A DNA stretch of 49,319 nt from Chloroflexia bacterium (GTDB taxonomy: Bacteria > Chloroflexota > Chloroflexia > QHBQ01 > JADMIH01), in assembly GCA_045805005.1 (NCBI GenBank), contig JBJMMB010000407.1, forward strand, positions 1 to 49,319. Reading direction: 5' to 3'. The translations under genes were made by a program, and so were the position numbers. Positions 17,581 to 25,672 of the stretch are shown one piece after another. Position 1 is the first letter of the stretch; each line of letters opens with the position of its first letter. The notes below the pieces were generated by a model. That model worked only from the letters and a program-made list of their open reading frames with translations. It searched no databases and was not told where the DNA came from.

Positions 17581-18134
17581 CTATATGTCCATCTCGAGCA
17601 CCGGCAGCATCGACTCCGCCGCAAGCCGTCGCATAAGCTCTTGCTCCCCGATGAACACATCGAGGTCGTCGTACTGCGAAGGCTTGCCCGACACCTTCAG
17701 GCGCTCGGCCCTCGCCGCCTCGAACGACTCCGGGGCGCGGGTGCACAGCACAAATCGGAAGCCCAACGGCTGCAACAGCTCCTCCAGCCAGCGGAAATCG
17801 TAGTCCCGGCCATATGCCTCCAACTGGTAAGCCCTCGTGCTGATGTGGAAGCGATCTATTATCCAGGAATAATACCGCTGCAGCTCGAACAGGCGCGCCC
17901 AGGTGGCGTAGGTCTCCATGGCCAGACCCTCCTCTTGCGGCTCGAAGTTGATCAGCCCCCTGCCCCACGGAAAATTCGTGAAAGCGCACCACTCCCCGAA
18001 ATCAAAGGCGAGTGATACCTGTACTTGCGCGGCCCCACTATCCCCGGGTGCTCGTTCAACGCGAACGCGATCTCCGTCTTCAACGTCAGTCGCGTCCCTT
18101 CCAAAATAACCTTCGGGCAAAGTTTCCCCGACAC
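17581..18134 (-). pseudogene. Hypothetical kinase-fold-like gene with an apparent frameshift near 17985-18005
   Basis: The frame from GTG 18134 (KVILEGTRLTLKTEIAFALNEHPGIV...) has high GC3 but stops at 17952. The 17581-18120 frame has high GC3 only downstream of about 18000 (GEWCAFTNFPWGRG...). Confidence 0.4.
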
Positions 18135-18208
18135 GTCAAGCCCCTCCTGAGCTAGCGTAATATAGCATCTACACTCTTAATATCTCCACCCAAGCCGCGG
18201 TTCGGAGA

Positions 18209-18253
18209 GGGGTGCAGGGGTCTCCCTGCCGGGGGGTTGGGGGTGTCCCCCAA
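18209..18253 (+). repeat. DH45 double-hairpin repeat
   Basis: ggggtgcaggggtctccctgccggggggttgggggtgtcccccaa, upstream of the MFS gene at 18306. Confidence 0.9.
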
Positions 18254-18305
18254 CTTTCTCCCTCTTCATTCCAACTCTCTAGTTGGAATAAGCTAAAATA
18301 AACCT

Positions 18306-19637
18306 ATGGCACCGCCCAACTCCCTGAGCCCGCGCGAGAAGCGGCGAGGGCTCGCTACCATCCTCGCCGATACCTTCCTCATGTGGGCCGGCTTCTTCAT
18401 GGTCGTCCCGCTCATCTCCGTCTACTACGTCGACCACCTGGGCTGGGCTGCGGCCTCCATCGGCCTGGTCCTCGCCATCCGACAGTTCCTCCAGCAAGGG
18501 CTCACCCCCATCAGCGGCGTGCTGGCCGACCGCTTCGGCGCCAAGGGCCTCATCTGCGGCGGCCTCTTGCTGCGCACCCTCGGCTTTGCCTCCATGTCCT
18601 TGGCCGATACCTTCCCTCTGCTGGTCTTCTCCGTAGTGCTGGCCGCCCTCGGAGGCAGCCTCTTCGAGTCCCCCCGGCAAGCCTCCATCGCCGCCATGAC
18701 CCAGGAGAGCGAGCGCGGCCGCTACTACTCCCTCTCCGGCGTGGCCAGCGGCCTGGGCCTCACCATCGGCACCCAGATCGGGGCCCTCCTCCTCCCCTTC
18801 AGCTTCTCCACCGTGGCCGTGGGTGCCGCTGCCTGCTTCTTCGCCACCTTCCTGGTCACCCTCGTCTTCTTCCCGTCCGTCCGCGTGGCCTCCGAGGCCG
18901 GAAACCTCACCCACGGCATTCGCCTGGCCCTTCACGACAGGCCCTTCGTAATCTTCACCTGCTTGCTGATGGGCTACTGGTTCATGTGGGTGCAACTCTC
19001 CATCTCGCTCCCCCTGGCCGCCCACACTATAGGAGGCACCGCGGCCACCGTCAGCCTGGTGTACGCGGTCAACTCCGCCATGACCATATTCTTCCAGTAC
19101 CCTCTGCTCCGCCTCACCTCGCGTTGGCTGCGTCCCCTGACCCTGCTCATCCTTGGCATACTCCTCATGGGCCTCGGCCTGGGCGCAATCTCCCTGGCGA
19201 CCACCGTCCCCGCCCTTCTCCTCTGCGTGGTCTGCTTCTCCACCGGTGGCCTCCTCGCCACCCCCAGCCAGCAGACCGTCACCGCAAGCCTCTCCAACCC
19301 CGTCGCCCTCGGCTCCTACTTTGGGGTCAGCTCCCTCGCCCTCGCCATCGGCGGCGGCCTCGGCAACCTCAGCGGCGGCCTCCTCTATGACGCCGCCCGC
19401 CAACTTGCCTTCCCCCAGCTCCCCTGGCTCGTCTTCTGCGCCGCAGGCATCGTCACCGCCAGCGGCCTGATGCTCCTCGCCACCCGCCGTGCCCGCGAGC
19501 GTGTCACCCAGGAGCAAGACCTGGTTCTAGTCGTGCCCGGCACAGACGATGAACCCACCGTACAAGTCGGCAGCCAGCCCGTCGCCGCCGAGGTTGGAGA
19601 TGCATTAGAAGAACAGGATCGCTACCGCTACGGTTGA
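18306..19637 (+). CDS. MFS transporter (MdtH-like)
   Basis: 443 aa, 12 TM. LGWAAASIGLVLAIRQFLQQGLTPISGVLADRFGAK is a typical MFS loop 2-3. The 412-aa antisense ORF is a GC-shadow. Confidence 0.8.
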   Translation: MAPPNSLSPREKRRGLATILADTFLMWAGFFMVVPLISVYYVDHLGWAAASIGLVLAIRQFLQQGLTPISGVLADRFGAKGLICGGLLLRTLGFASMSLADTFPLLVFSVVLAALGGSLFESPRQASIAAMTQESERGRYYSLSGVASGLGLTIGTQIGALLLPFSFSTVAVGAAACFFATFLVTLVFFPSVRVASEAGNLTHGIRLALHDRPFVIFTCLLMGYWFMWVQLSISLPLAAHTIGGTAATVSLVYAVNSAMTIFFQYPLLRLTSRWLRPLTLLILGILLMGLGLGAISLATTVPALLLCVVCFSTGGLLATPSQQTVTASLSNPVALGSYFGVSSLALAIGGGLGNLSGGLLYDAARQLAFPQLPWLVFCAAGIVTASGLMLLATRRARERVTQEQDLVLVVPGTDDEPTVQVGSQPVAAEVGDALEEQDRYRYG

Positions 19638-19661
19638 TGAAGTCGGGTTCGTTTGAGGAGT

Positions 19662-20402
19662 TTAGTCCCAGTCCCAGTGCGCTTTCTTTTTCCCACAAAC
19701 CGGGCAGCGGAATACGTAAGTCCCGACCTCATAAGATCTCTCGCTATCGTTCCACAGGCCATCGTGAGCACCATCTACGATGCTGAGGAATAGAGCCCTC
19801 CCATCTCCATTTGGATCGTGGCTCTCGAAGTCCTGTTGGCCCCACTTGCCCACGTAAATCATTGGACGGCGGCAGCAGAACTGCCATTTCTCCCCTTGCC
19901 AGGTATCGTAGTTAGGCGACCGTACCAACTCGAAGAGCAACTCCCTGGGCACCCGCGCTTGAGTCCATTCCTCCTCGTCGTCTTTGACCGGGATCATCTC
20001 GAAATCCGGGTCGCTCAACCCTGGTAAGCCATACGTTAGCCCTGCATTCGCCTCGTCCCAACATACCATGCCCAGCACGGTGTCTTTCCTCAAAGCCGCA
20101 TGGCCTGCGCGCAAACACTGGTAGCAAACCTGCGCTTCCTCGTCAGATTCTAAAGGATACTTCACCACCGCTCCACAATTGCGACACGGCCCATCGGGAG
20201 CATTGGTTACGTCCAGAGCGTTCTCCGTTTCGCAGACGTGGCACCAGACCACAACCTCGCCACGTAGCTCAAGGTCAAAGCAGTGCCGCCCCTTCTTGCC
20301 GCACACGGAACATTGTCCTATCCCACGATAGCCTGATTCTTCCTCGATAGGCGCTTCAAATAAAGGGAACGGTATTCCCAGGTCGGCAAAAGTCTTACCC
20401 AT
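19662..20402 (-). CDS. CbrC (UPF0167) family protein with extra Cys4 insertions
   Basis: Start at MGKTFADLGIPFPLFEAP. Motifs: CSVCGKKG..., CYQCLRAGHAA, TWQGEKWQFCC...YVG, and YVFRCPVCGKKKAHWDWD at the end. GC is lower than in the neighbours. Confidence 0.75.
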   Translation of the reverse strand: MGKTFADLGIPFPLFEAPIEEESGYRGIGQCSVCGKKGRHCFDLELRGEVVVWCHVCETENALDVTNAPDGPCRNCGAVVKYPLESDEEAQVCYQCLRAGHAALRKDTVLGMVCWDEANAGLTYGLPGLSDPDFEMIPVKDDEEEWTQARVPRELLFELVRSPNYDTWQGEKWQFCCRRPMIYVGKWGQQDFESHDPNGDGRALFLSIVDGAHDGLWNDSERSYEVGTYVFRCPVCGKKKAHWDWD

Positions 20403-20412
20403 TAACCGTATT

Positions 20413-21279
20413 TTACACCCCCGCCTCCAGCGTAAACACCGAGATCTCCGGCCGCGCCAGGAACCGCATCGGCAAACCCACCATCCCCAGCCCGCGGTTC
20501 GTGTACAGGGCCATATCCCCAACCTTATACAGACCCGTCGGGTACTTGCGCCCCAGCGGGGGCAGGCGGGGCGGGCCGAGCACCGGCAACACGATCTGGC
20601 CTCCGTGCGAGTGCCCGGAGATTTGCAAGTCGAACCGCCCCGTCGCCGCCGTCTTGTCCGCTACGTCCGGCTCGTGTGCCAGCAGAATCGCGGCCCCCTC
20701 CTCTGGCAGCCTCGCCAGCACCCAATCGAGCCGGTCCCTTCGCAGCTTGGCCGTGTTGACCCCGCAAATGTGCAGCATCTCCCCGTCTCGCCTCAAGGTG
20801 TGCACCCTGTTGTTCAGGTCGATCATCCCACTGTCCCTAATGATGTGCCGCACCTGCACCGGGCCGGGGTAGCCCCAGAAATCGTGGTTGCCCATAACCG
20901 CCGCCACCCCATCCTTCGCGCACAGCCTTTTCAGGGCGGGCACCGTCGCGTTGTGCGCGCCTTTATGCGTGTAAGTAACAAAATCCCCCGTCACCGCGAC
21001 AAGGTCCGGGCGCTCGTCATTCACCATATCGACCACTCTTTGCAGCCGCCGCGTGGGCAGCCACTCCCCGGCATGTATATCGCTTATCTGCACCAGCCTG
21101 TACCCATTGAAGCGCGGCGACAGCCGAGGCAGTCTCAGCCTTATCCGGCTCACCTCGATCCTGTCGGGCTCCACACCCCAGGCATAAGCCAGCGTGCCCG
21201 CCCCCACCCCCAGCAACCCCGCAATCGCCAGCAGCACCGCTCTAAACGATGCGATCTCTTCCCGAAACTCATCCGGCAT
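20413..21279 (-). CDS. Membrane-anchored metallophosphoesterase (YkuE-like)
   Basis: 288 aa. N-terminal TM segment. ISDIHAG, TGDFV, GNHD, LLAHEPD and GHSHGGQ motifs. Confidence 0.85.
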   Translation of the reverse strand: MPDEFREEIASFRAVLLAIAGLLGVGAGTLAYAWGVEPDRIEVSRIRLRLPRLSPRFNGYRLVQISDIHAGEWLPTRRLQRVVDMVNDERPDLVAVTGDFVTYTHKGAHNATVPALKRLCAKDGVAAVMGNHDFWGYPGPVQVRHIIRDSGMIDLNNRVHTLRRDGEMLHICGVNTAKLRRDRLDWVLARLPEEGAAILLAHEPDVADKTAATGRFDLQISGHSHGGQIVLPVLGPPRLPPLGRKYPTGLYKVGDMALYTNRGLGMVGLPMRFLARPEISVFTLEAGV

Positions 21280-21437
21280 TCAAAAACCCCCATAAAAACG
21301 GCCAACGGGTCATCCCACCCGGCGGCCTGCTCCCTCTATCTTCGTCCATCCCACCCAGCCCCGTCAAGGCATGCAGACCCCTCCCTGCGCGGGACTTAGG
21401 GAATGGAGCCCAACTCTCCCCCTTCCTCTCCCAAGAA

Positions 21438-21481
21438 GGGGTGCAGGGTCCTCCCTGCCGGGGGTTTGGGGGTGTCCCCAA
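21438..21481 (+). repeat. DH45 double-hairpin repeat (TCCT-loop variant)
   Basis: ggggtgcagggtcctccctgccgggggtttgggggtgtccccaa. Confidence 0.85.
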
Positions 21482-21531
21482 TACTCTCCCACCCCTTACC
21501 ATTTGGTAAGCATAATGTTATGCACATCCTA

Positions 21532-21560
21532 TTGACTTCCAGACCACCAAGACATATACT
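21532..21560 (+). promoter_or_regulatory. Near-consensus sigma-70-type promoter
   Basis: TTGACT (21532-21537), an exact 17-nt spacer, then TATACT (21555-21560). Confidence 0.55.
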
Positions 21561-21566
21561 TAAGTT

Positions 21567-21979
21567 GTCAGGTTGTAGAATGTGTTGTTGGTGCAGCCTG
21601 GCTCTGGAAAGCTAGATCGACAACCGGAATGGGCGAAAATTCGAAATAGCAGCGGTTCGCGCCTCAGGAGCTTATACTCCCGAGCATCTTTCTGCTGTAA
21701 AGGGCACACTCAGGATCAAAGTAAGAGGTATCCCGTCGTCGTGGTACCTATGCTTTAGAGCCGTTTCTGATTATCCGAAAGCGTCAGCGTCGATGTCTTG
21801 GAGCAGTGAGCAACCGGCAAATGCCCTACAATCTTTGCGGCCATCCATTGGCCGTACTTGCATGGCCTCCCATCCAACTTCCTCACGACCAACGAAACCC
21901 CCATCGTCCATCGTCCGCGACAAGCCCCAGCCCAAAATCACCGCACAGCACCCATTGATCCCCATTTATCCAACTCATC
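21567..21979 (+). other. Long lower-GC 5' leader or candidate structured RNA upstream of the MDR dehydrogenase gene
   Basis: About 410 nt between the predicted transcription start and the AGGAGG site at 21980. No convincing ORF. Several local hairpins, e.g. ctcaggag/ctcccgag at 21663-21684 and cggcca/tggccg at 21838-21854. Confidence 0.3.
21901..21914 (+). repeat. Two CCATCGT heptamers
   Basis: ccatcgtccatcgt. The same unit forms the six-copy array at 23155-23196. Confidence 0.7.
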
Positions 21980-21992
21980 AGGAGGCCCTATC

Positions 21993-23102
21993 ATGCGCCG
22001 CGTAGCAGTTGCTTTTACCGCTCCGCGCACTATCGGTTATATGGAAGAGGAAGACAGGCTCTTGGAGGCTCACGAGGTGCGCTTGCGCACTCTCTACTCG
22101 GGTATCAGCGCGGGTACCGAGCTCACCGGCTTCCGGGGCACCAATCCTTATCTAAACAGGCGCTGGGACGAGTCCCTACGCCTCTTCATCAACGATCCGC
22201 AACACGAAACCATCCAATACCCCATCAAGGCATGGGGCTATGAGGAAGTGGGCGAGGTCGTTGAGGTCGGCTCCCAGGTCGAGGATATCCCCCTGGGTAG
22301 CATCGTCTACGGCACCTGGGGCCACCGCACCCATCATATCGTCACCGCCTACTACGCCAGGGAGCGCCTCCTGCCCCCCGGCGTCGATCCCATACTCGGC
22401 ATCTTCTCCCAGATAGGCGCTATCGCTCTCAACGGCATCCTCGATAGCGCCATCCGCCTGGGCGAGACCGTAGCGGTGTTCGGCCTCGGCATTGTTGGTA
22501 TGCTCGTCGCCCAGCTAGCGAAGCTCTCCGGGGCAGAAGTGATCGGCGTCGACCTGGTGCCGTTCCGCCTTGATCTGGCCCGCCAACTTGGCATCGACCA
22601 CGTCATCGACGGCAGCCAGGGCTCCGCGGCTGAGGCCATCAAGGCTATCACCAGGGGCCGGGGCGCCGACGTTTGCATCGAGGCATCGGGCGCTTCGGTA
22701 GCCCTCAACGAGGCCATCCGCGCCTGCGCCTACTCGTCCAAAGTGGTCACCCTCGGCTTCTTCCAGGGCAACGCCCACGGGCTCTTCCTGGGCGAGGAGT
22801 TCCACCACAACCGCGTCAATATTGTTTGCTCCCAGATCAGCGGGCAAGCCCCCGATCTCCAGCACCGCTGGAACGGCCTCCGCCTGGCCCAGACCTTCAT
22901 GCGCCTGGCCGTCCAGGGGAAGCTCCAGCTCTACCCCCTGATCACCCACATCATGCCCGCCGCGAAGGCCTCAGCCCTCTTCAAGCTGCTCGACCGCAAC
23001 GCCCCCGAGGTGCTCCAGGCCGTCATCGACTTCCGCCAGGAGCTTCCACCCACCCTCAAGGTCTTACCCCTGCGGAAGGAAGAAGTCGTAGCAGTCGCTT
23101 AG
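21993..23102 (+). CDS. Medium-chain (zinc-type) alcohol dehydrogenase family oxidoreductase
   Basis: Start at MRRVAVAF with AGGAGG 7 nt upstream. GISAGTEL..., Rossmann segment VAVFGLGIVGMLVAQLAKLSGAEVIGVD. Confidence 0.8.
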   Translation: MRRVAVAFTAPRTIGYMEEEDRLLEAHEVRLRTLYSGISAGTELTGFRGTNPYLNRRWDESLRLFINDPQHETIQYPIKAWGYEEVGEVVEVGSQVEDIPLGSIVYGTWGHRTHHIVTAYYARERLLPPGVDPILGIFSQIGAIALNGILDSAIRLGETVAVFGLGIVGMLVAQLAKLSGAEVIGVDLVPFRLDLARQLGIDHVIDGSQGSAAEAIKAITRGRGADVCIEASGASVALNEAIRACAYSSKVVTLGFFQGNAHGLFLGEEFHHNRVNIVCSQISGQAPDLQHRWNGLRLAQTFMRLAVQGKLQLYPLITHIMPAAKASALFKLLDRNAPEVLQAVIDFRQELPPTLKVLPLRKEEVVAVA

Positions 23103-23107
23103 CGCCA

Positions 23108-23196
23108 GACGATGGACGATAGACGATGGTGGTAAGGAAACCGGTCCCGTAACCCCATCGTCCATCGTCCATCGTCCATCGTCCATCGTCCATCGT
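23108..23196. repeat. Inverted pair of heptamer arrays: GACGATG-type x3 and CCATCGT x6
   Basis: gacgatggacgatagacgatgg (23108-23129), a 25-nt loop, then ccatcgt x6 (23155-23196). They can form a stem of about 21 bp in several registers. The pair starts 6 nt after the dehydrogenase stop. Confidence 0.9.
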
Positions 23197-23215
23197 CCAG
23201 ACAAGGAGTCCCCAC

Positions 23216-25510
23216 TTGGCAGCCCTTGCCCTTCGACCCTCCGCCGGGGTCTCACCTGCAGAACCATATCTCCACCTCCACGCCGGCGATGGGCTGTTCT
23301 CCGTCGCCGTACCCGGTGGCGTCTCGCTGCTTCGCGACTGCCGGGCCGGCGTCGAGTTAGCTGACGGTCGCGTTTACACCACCGAAGGCCCACTGGTCGA
23401 GTGCTTCCTGGACGCCGCCGGGGCCCACGTGCGCGCCCCCGGCGACGACCTGAGCCCCGAATTGTGCTGGACCATCGCCCTCGATGAGGACGGCCACTCC
23501 CTGCGCCTCTGGCTCGAGCTGGAAAACACCACACCACACTCCCTCGCCATCGAGCGCCTCCAGGTTCTCGCCACCCCCTCCGGCTTCCGCCAGGTCCCTG
23601 CCTCCGATCTGGAAATCGCCCAGACCGGCTGGCAGTCCTGGAGCCGGGCCAACCCGCCCGTGCCCCCTTCCCAGGCGGGCCTCACCAACCCGCCCCCTGT
23701 CATCGGCCCCATGCTCCCTCCCATGCCCGAGGATAGCGCCATCATGCCCTGGATGACCCTCCTCCGCGCCCCCGGAAGCCACAGCCTGCTCGCCGGTTTC
23801 ACGAGCGCCATCGACCAGCCGGGCCTCATAACGCTCCGCCCAGGGCCGGACGGCGGGCACGAGTGCATAGCCTCTTCCTACCTGGAAGGCATGGGCATAC
23901 CCCCCGGCGGGGTCGTCCGCTCCGAGACCCTCCTGTTGGTCTTCGACCGCGATGATGCCGCAGCCCTCGACACCTATGCCCGTGACCTGGCCGAGACTAT
24001 GGGCGCTCGCACCTGGTCGGGTGTGCCCACCGGCTGGTGCTCCTGGTACTACTTCTTTACCGAGGTCAGCGAGGAGGACGTTATCCGCAACCTCGCGTAC
24101 CTCACCGCCGAGCGGCATCGCATGCCCGTCAAGTACGTGCAGCTTGACGACGGCTACCAGGCCCACATAGGCGACTGGCTCACCCTCAACGAGAAGTTCC
24201 CCTCCGGCATGCGCTTCCTCACTGACGCCATCCGCTCCCACGGCTACAAGCCCGGCCTCTGGTTCGCCCCCTTCCTCGTTTCCGAGTTCTCCCAGGTCTA
24301 CACTCAGCACCCCGACTGGGTGCTCCGCGACGAGCAGGGTGAGCCCATAAACGCCATCCACAACTGGCACACCCACAACTACGCCCTCGACATCACCCAC
24401 CCCGACGCCGCCGAGTGGCTCCGCCACGTCGTGCAGACTATGGTGGAAGAGTGGGGCTACGACTACCTCAAAATCGACTTCATCTACGCCGGGGCCCTCC
24501 GAGGCGTGCGCTACGACGACTCCTGCACCAGCATCCAGGCATACCGCCGCGGCCTGCAGATCATTCGCGACGCCGCGGACGACCGCTTTATCCTCGGCTG
24601 CGGCGCTCCCTTCGCCCCCTCCGTGGGCCTCGTTGATGGCATGCGCATCGGCCCCGACGTGGCCCCCTTCTGGTGCGACCCCAACGACGTCTTCGGCTCC
24701 GCCCCCTCCATGCGCAACGCCGTTCGCTCTACCCTCGCCCATACCTGGATGCACAGGCGTCTTTGGGTCAACGACCCCGACTGCCTCCTCGTGCGCGAGC
24801 GCAACTCCGACCTCACCCTGCCCGAAGTTCAGTCCTGGACCTCCATAGTCGGCATGACCGGTGGCATGGCCCTCCTCAGCGACGACCTCAGCCGCCTCGA
24901 GCCCGACCGCGCCGCCTACGTCCCGCTCGTCTTCCCGGTCCTGGGCGAGTCCGCCACGCCTCTCGGCCCCTGCGTCGACGGCACGCCCACCCGCCTGCGC
25001 CTCGTGGTCGAGCGCGACTGGGAGCGCTGGCTCCAGGCCGCCCTCTTCAACTGGACCGCGGAGCCCCAACCCCTCATCTTTGACCCCGCTGATTGGGCTG
25101 TACCCGAAATCGCGAGCGGCCCCTACCACCTCTACGACCTCTGGACCAGCGAGCACCTTGGCCCATGCTATGGCCCCGTCACCTTCTCTCCCACCCAGTC
25201 CCACGGCGCCCGCCAGCTATCCGTCCACCCCCACCTCAACCGCCCCCAGCTCGTGGGCTCCACCCTCCACCTCCTCGGTGGCGCCGCCGAGCTAACCGCC
25301 GAACGTTGGTCCGATAACACCCTCCACCTCACCCTCGACTGCCCCGGCGAGCACCACGGCTATCTGGTGATCTACGTCCCCCAGGGGTACACTCACCAAC
25401 CCTCCGGCGACCTGGCAACGGGCACGATAAAGCAGGGCAACCTGCTGCGAGTCCCCGTCCATCTCCGCGAGCAGACCTCCCTAGCGCTAGACTTCAGCCC
25501 TCCGGGCTAG
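23216..25510 (+). CDS. GH36-like alpha-galactosidase family glycoside hydrolase
   Basis: 764 aa. TTG start with AAGGAG 7 nt upstream. PTGWCSWYYFF, YVQLDDGYQ, GYDYLKIDF (nucleophile region) and VNDPDCL (acid/base region). Confidence 0.75.
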   Translation: MAALALRPSAGVSPAEPYLHLHAGDGLFSVAVPGGVSLLRDCRAGVELADGRVYTTEGPLVECFLDAAGAHVRAPGDDLSPELCWTIALDEDGHSLRLWLELENTTPHSLAIERLQVLATPSGFRQVPASDLEIAQTGWQSWSRANPPVPPSQAGLTNPPPVIGPMLPPMPEDSAIMPWMTLLRAPGSHSLLAGFTSAIDQPGLITLRPGPDGGHECIASSYLEGMGIPPGGVVRSETLLLVFDRDDAAALDTYARDLAETMGARTWSGVPTGWCSWYYFFTEVSEEDVIRNLAYLTAERHRMPVKYVQLDDGYQAHIGDWLTLNEKFPSGMRFLTDAIRSHGYKPGLWFAPFLVSEFSQVYTQHPDWVLRDEQGEPINAIHNWHTHNYALDITHPDAAEWLRHVVQTMVEEWGYDYLKIDFIYAGALRGVRYDDSCTSIQAYRRGLQIIRDAADDRFILGCGAPFAPSVGLVDGMRIGPDVAPFWCDPNDVFGSAPSMRNAVRSTLAHTWMHRRLWVNDPDCLLVRERNSDLTLPEVQSWTSIVGMTGGMALLSDDLSRLEPDRAAYVPLVFPVLGESATPLGPCVDGTPTRLRLVVERDWERWLQAALFNWTAEPQPLIFDPADWAVPEIASGPYHLYDLWTSEHLGPCYGPVTFSPTQSHGARQLSVHPHLNRPQLVGSTLHLLGGAAELTAERWSDNTLHLTLDCPGEHHGYLVIYVPQGYTHQPSGDLATGTIKQGNLLRVPVHLREQTSLALDFSPPG

Positions 25511-25527
25511 CAGTTCTTTTGACTAAT

Positions 25528-25575
25528 GCCAAAGACCTCTCCTAAAGGCGTCAGCCTTTAGGAGAGGTCTTTGGC
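25528..25575 (+). terminator. Rho-independent terminator
   Basis: 21-bp perfect stem gccaaagacctctcctaaagg / cctttaggagaggtctttggc with a 6-nt loop, followed by atttattatctt. Confidence 0.8.
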
Positions 25576-25672
25576 ATTTATTATCTTGTGGCACAGAACT
25601 TGCCACTCCCATAAAAACCGTGCTCGGCAGCATCGCTGCCGTGCCCTTACCACGCGTAATACGGAGGAAGTT

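Noticed and set aside
18279-19517. 412-aa ORF antisense to the MFS transporter gene.
   Set aside because: Its Gly/Glu/Ala/Asp-rich low-complexity translation is typical of a shadow ORF in high-GC DNA. The sense strand encodes a clean 12-TM MFS protein.
19662-20522. N-terminal extensions of several track ORFs: 9439, 11143, 20522, 21858, 34848, 39047, 43261, 45142, 47000 and 47005.
   Set aside because: The extensions are Arg/Trp/Cys-rich or low-complexity and lack ribosome-binding sites. Internal starts with Shine-Dalgarno sequences, or with signal peptides or family-typical N-termini, are preferred.
21741-21750. GTGGTACC, resembling the core of the T-box antiterminator sequence, in the long leader.
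   Set aside because: There is no Stem I, specifier loop, AGAGA or GNUGGNA elements, and no terminator/antiterminator alternative around it. The downstream gene is not an aminoacyl-tRNA-related gene.
23357-25204. 615-aa antisense ORF within the GH36-like gene. Similar long antisense or off-frame ORFs occur at 5413-6750, 7044-8027, 28149-28802, 29147-30013 and 38447-40060.
   Set aside because: All have G/A/E/V/R-rich composition with no recognisable motifs. One of them spans two well-supported sense genes. They are GC-driven open frames, not genes.
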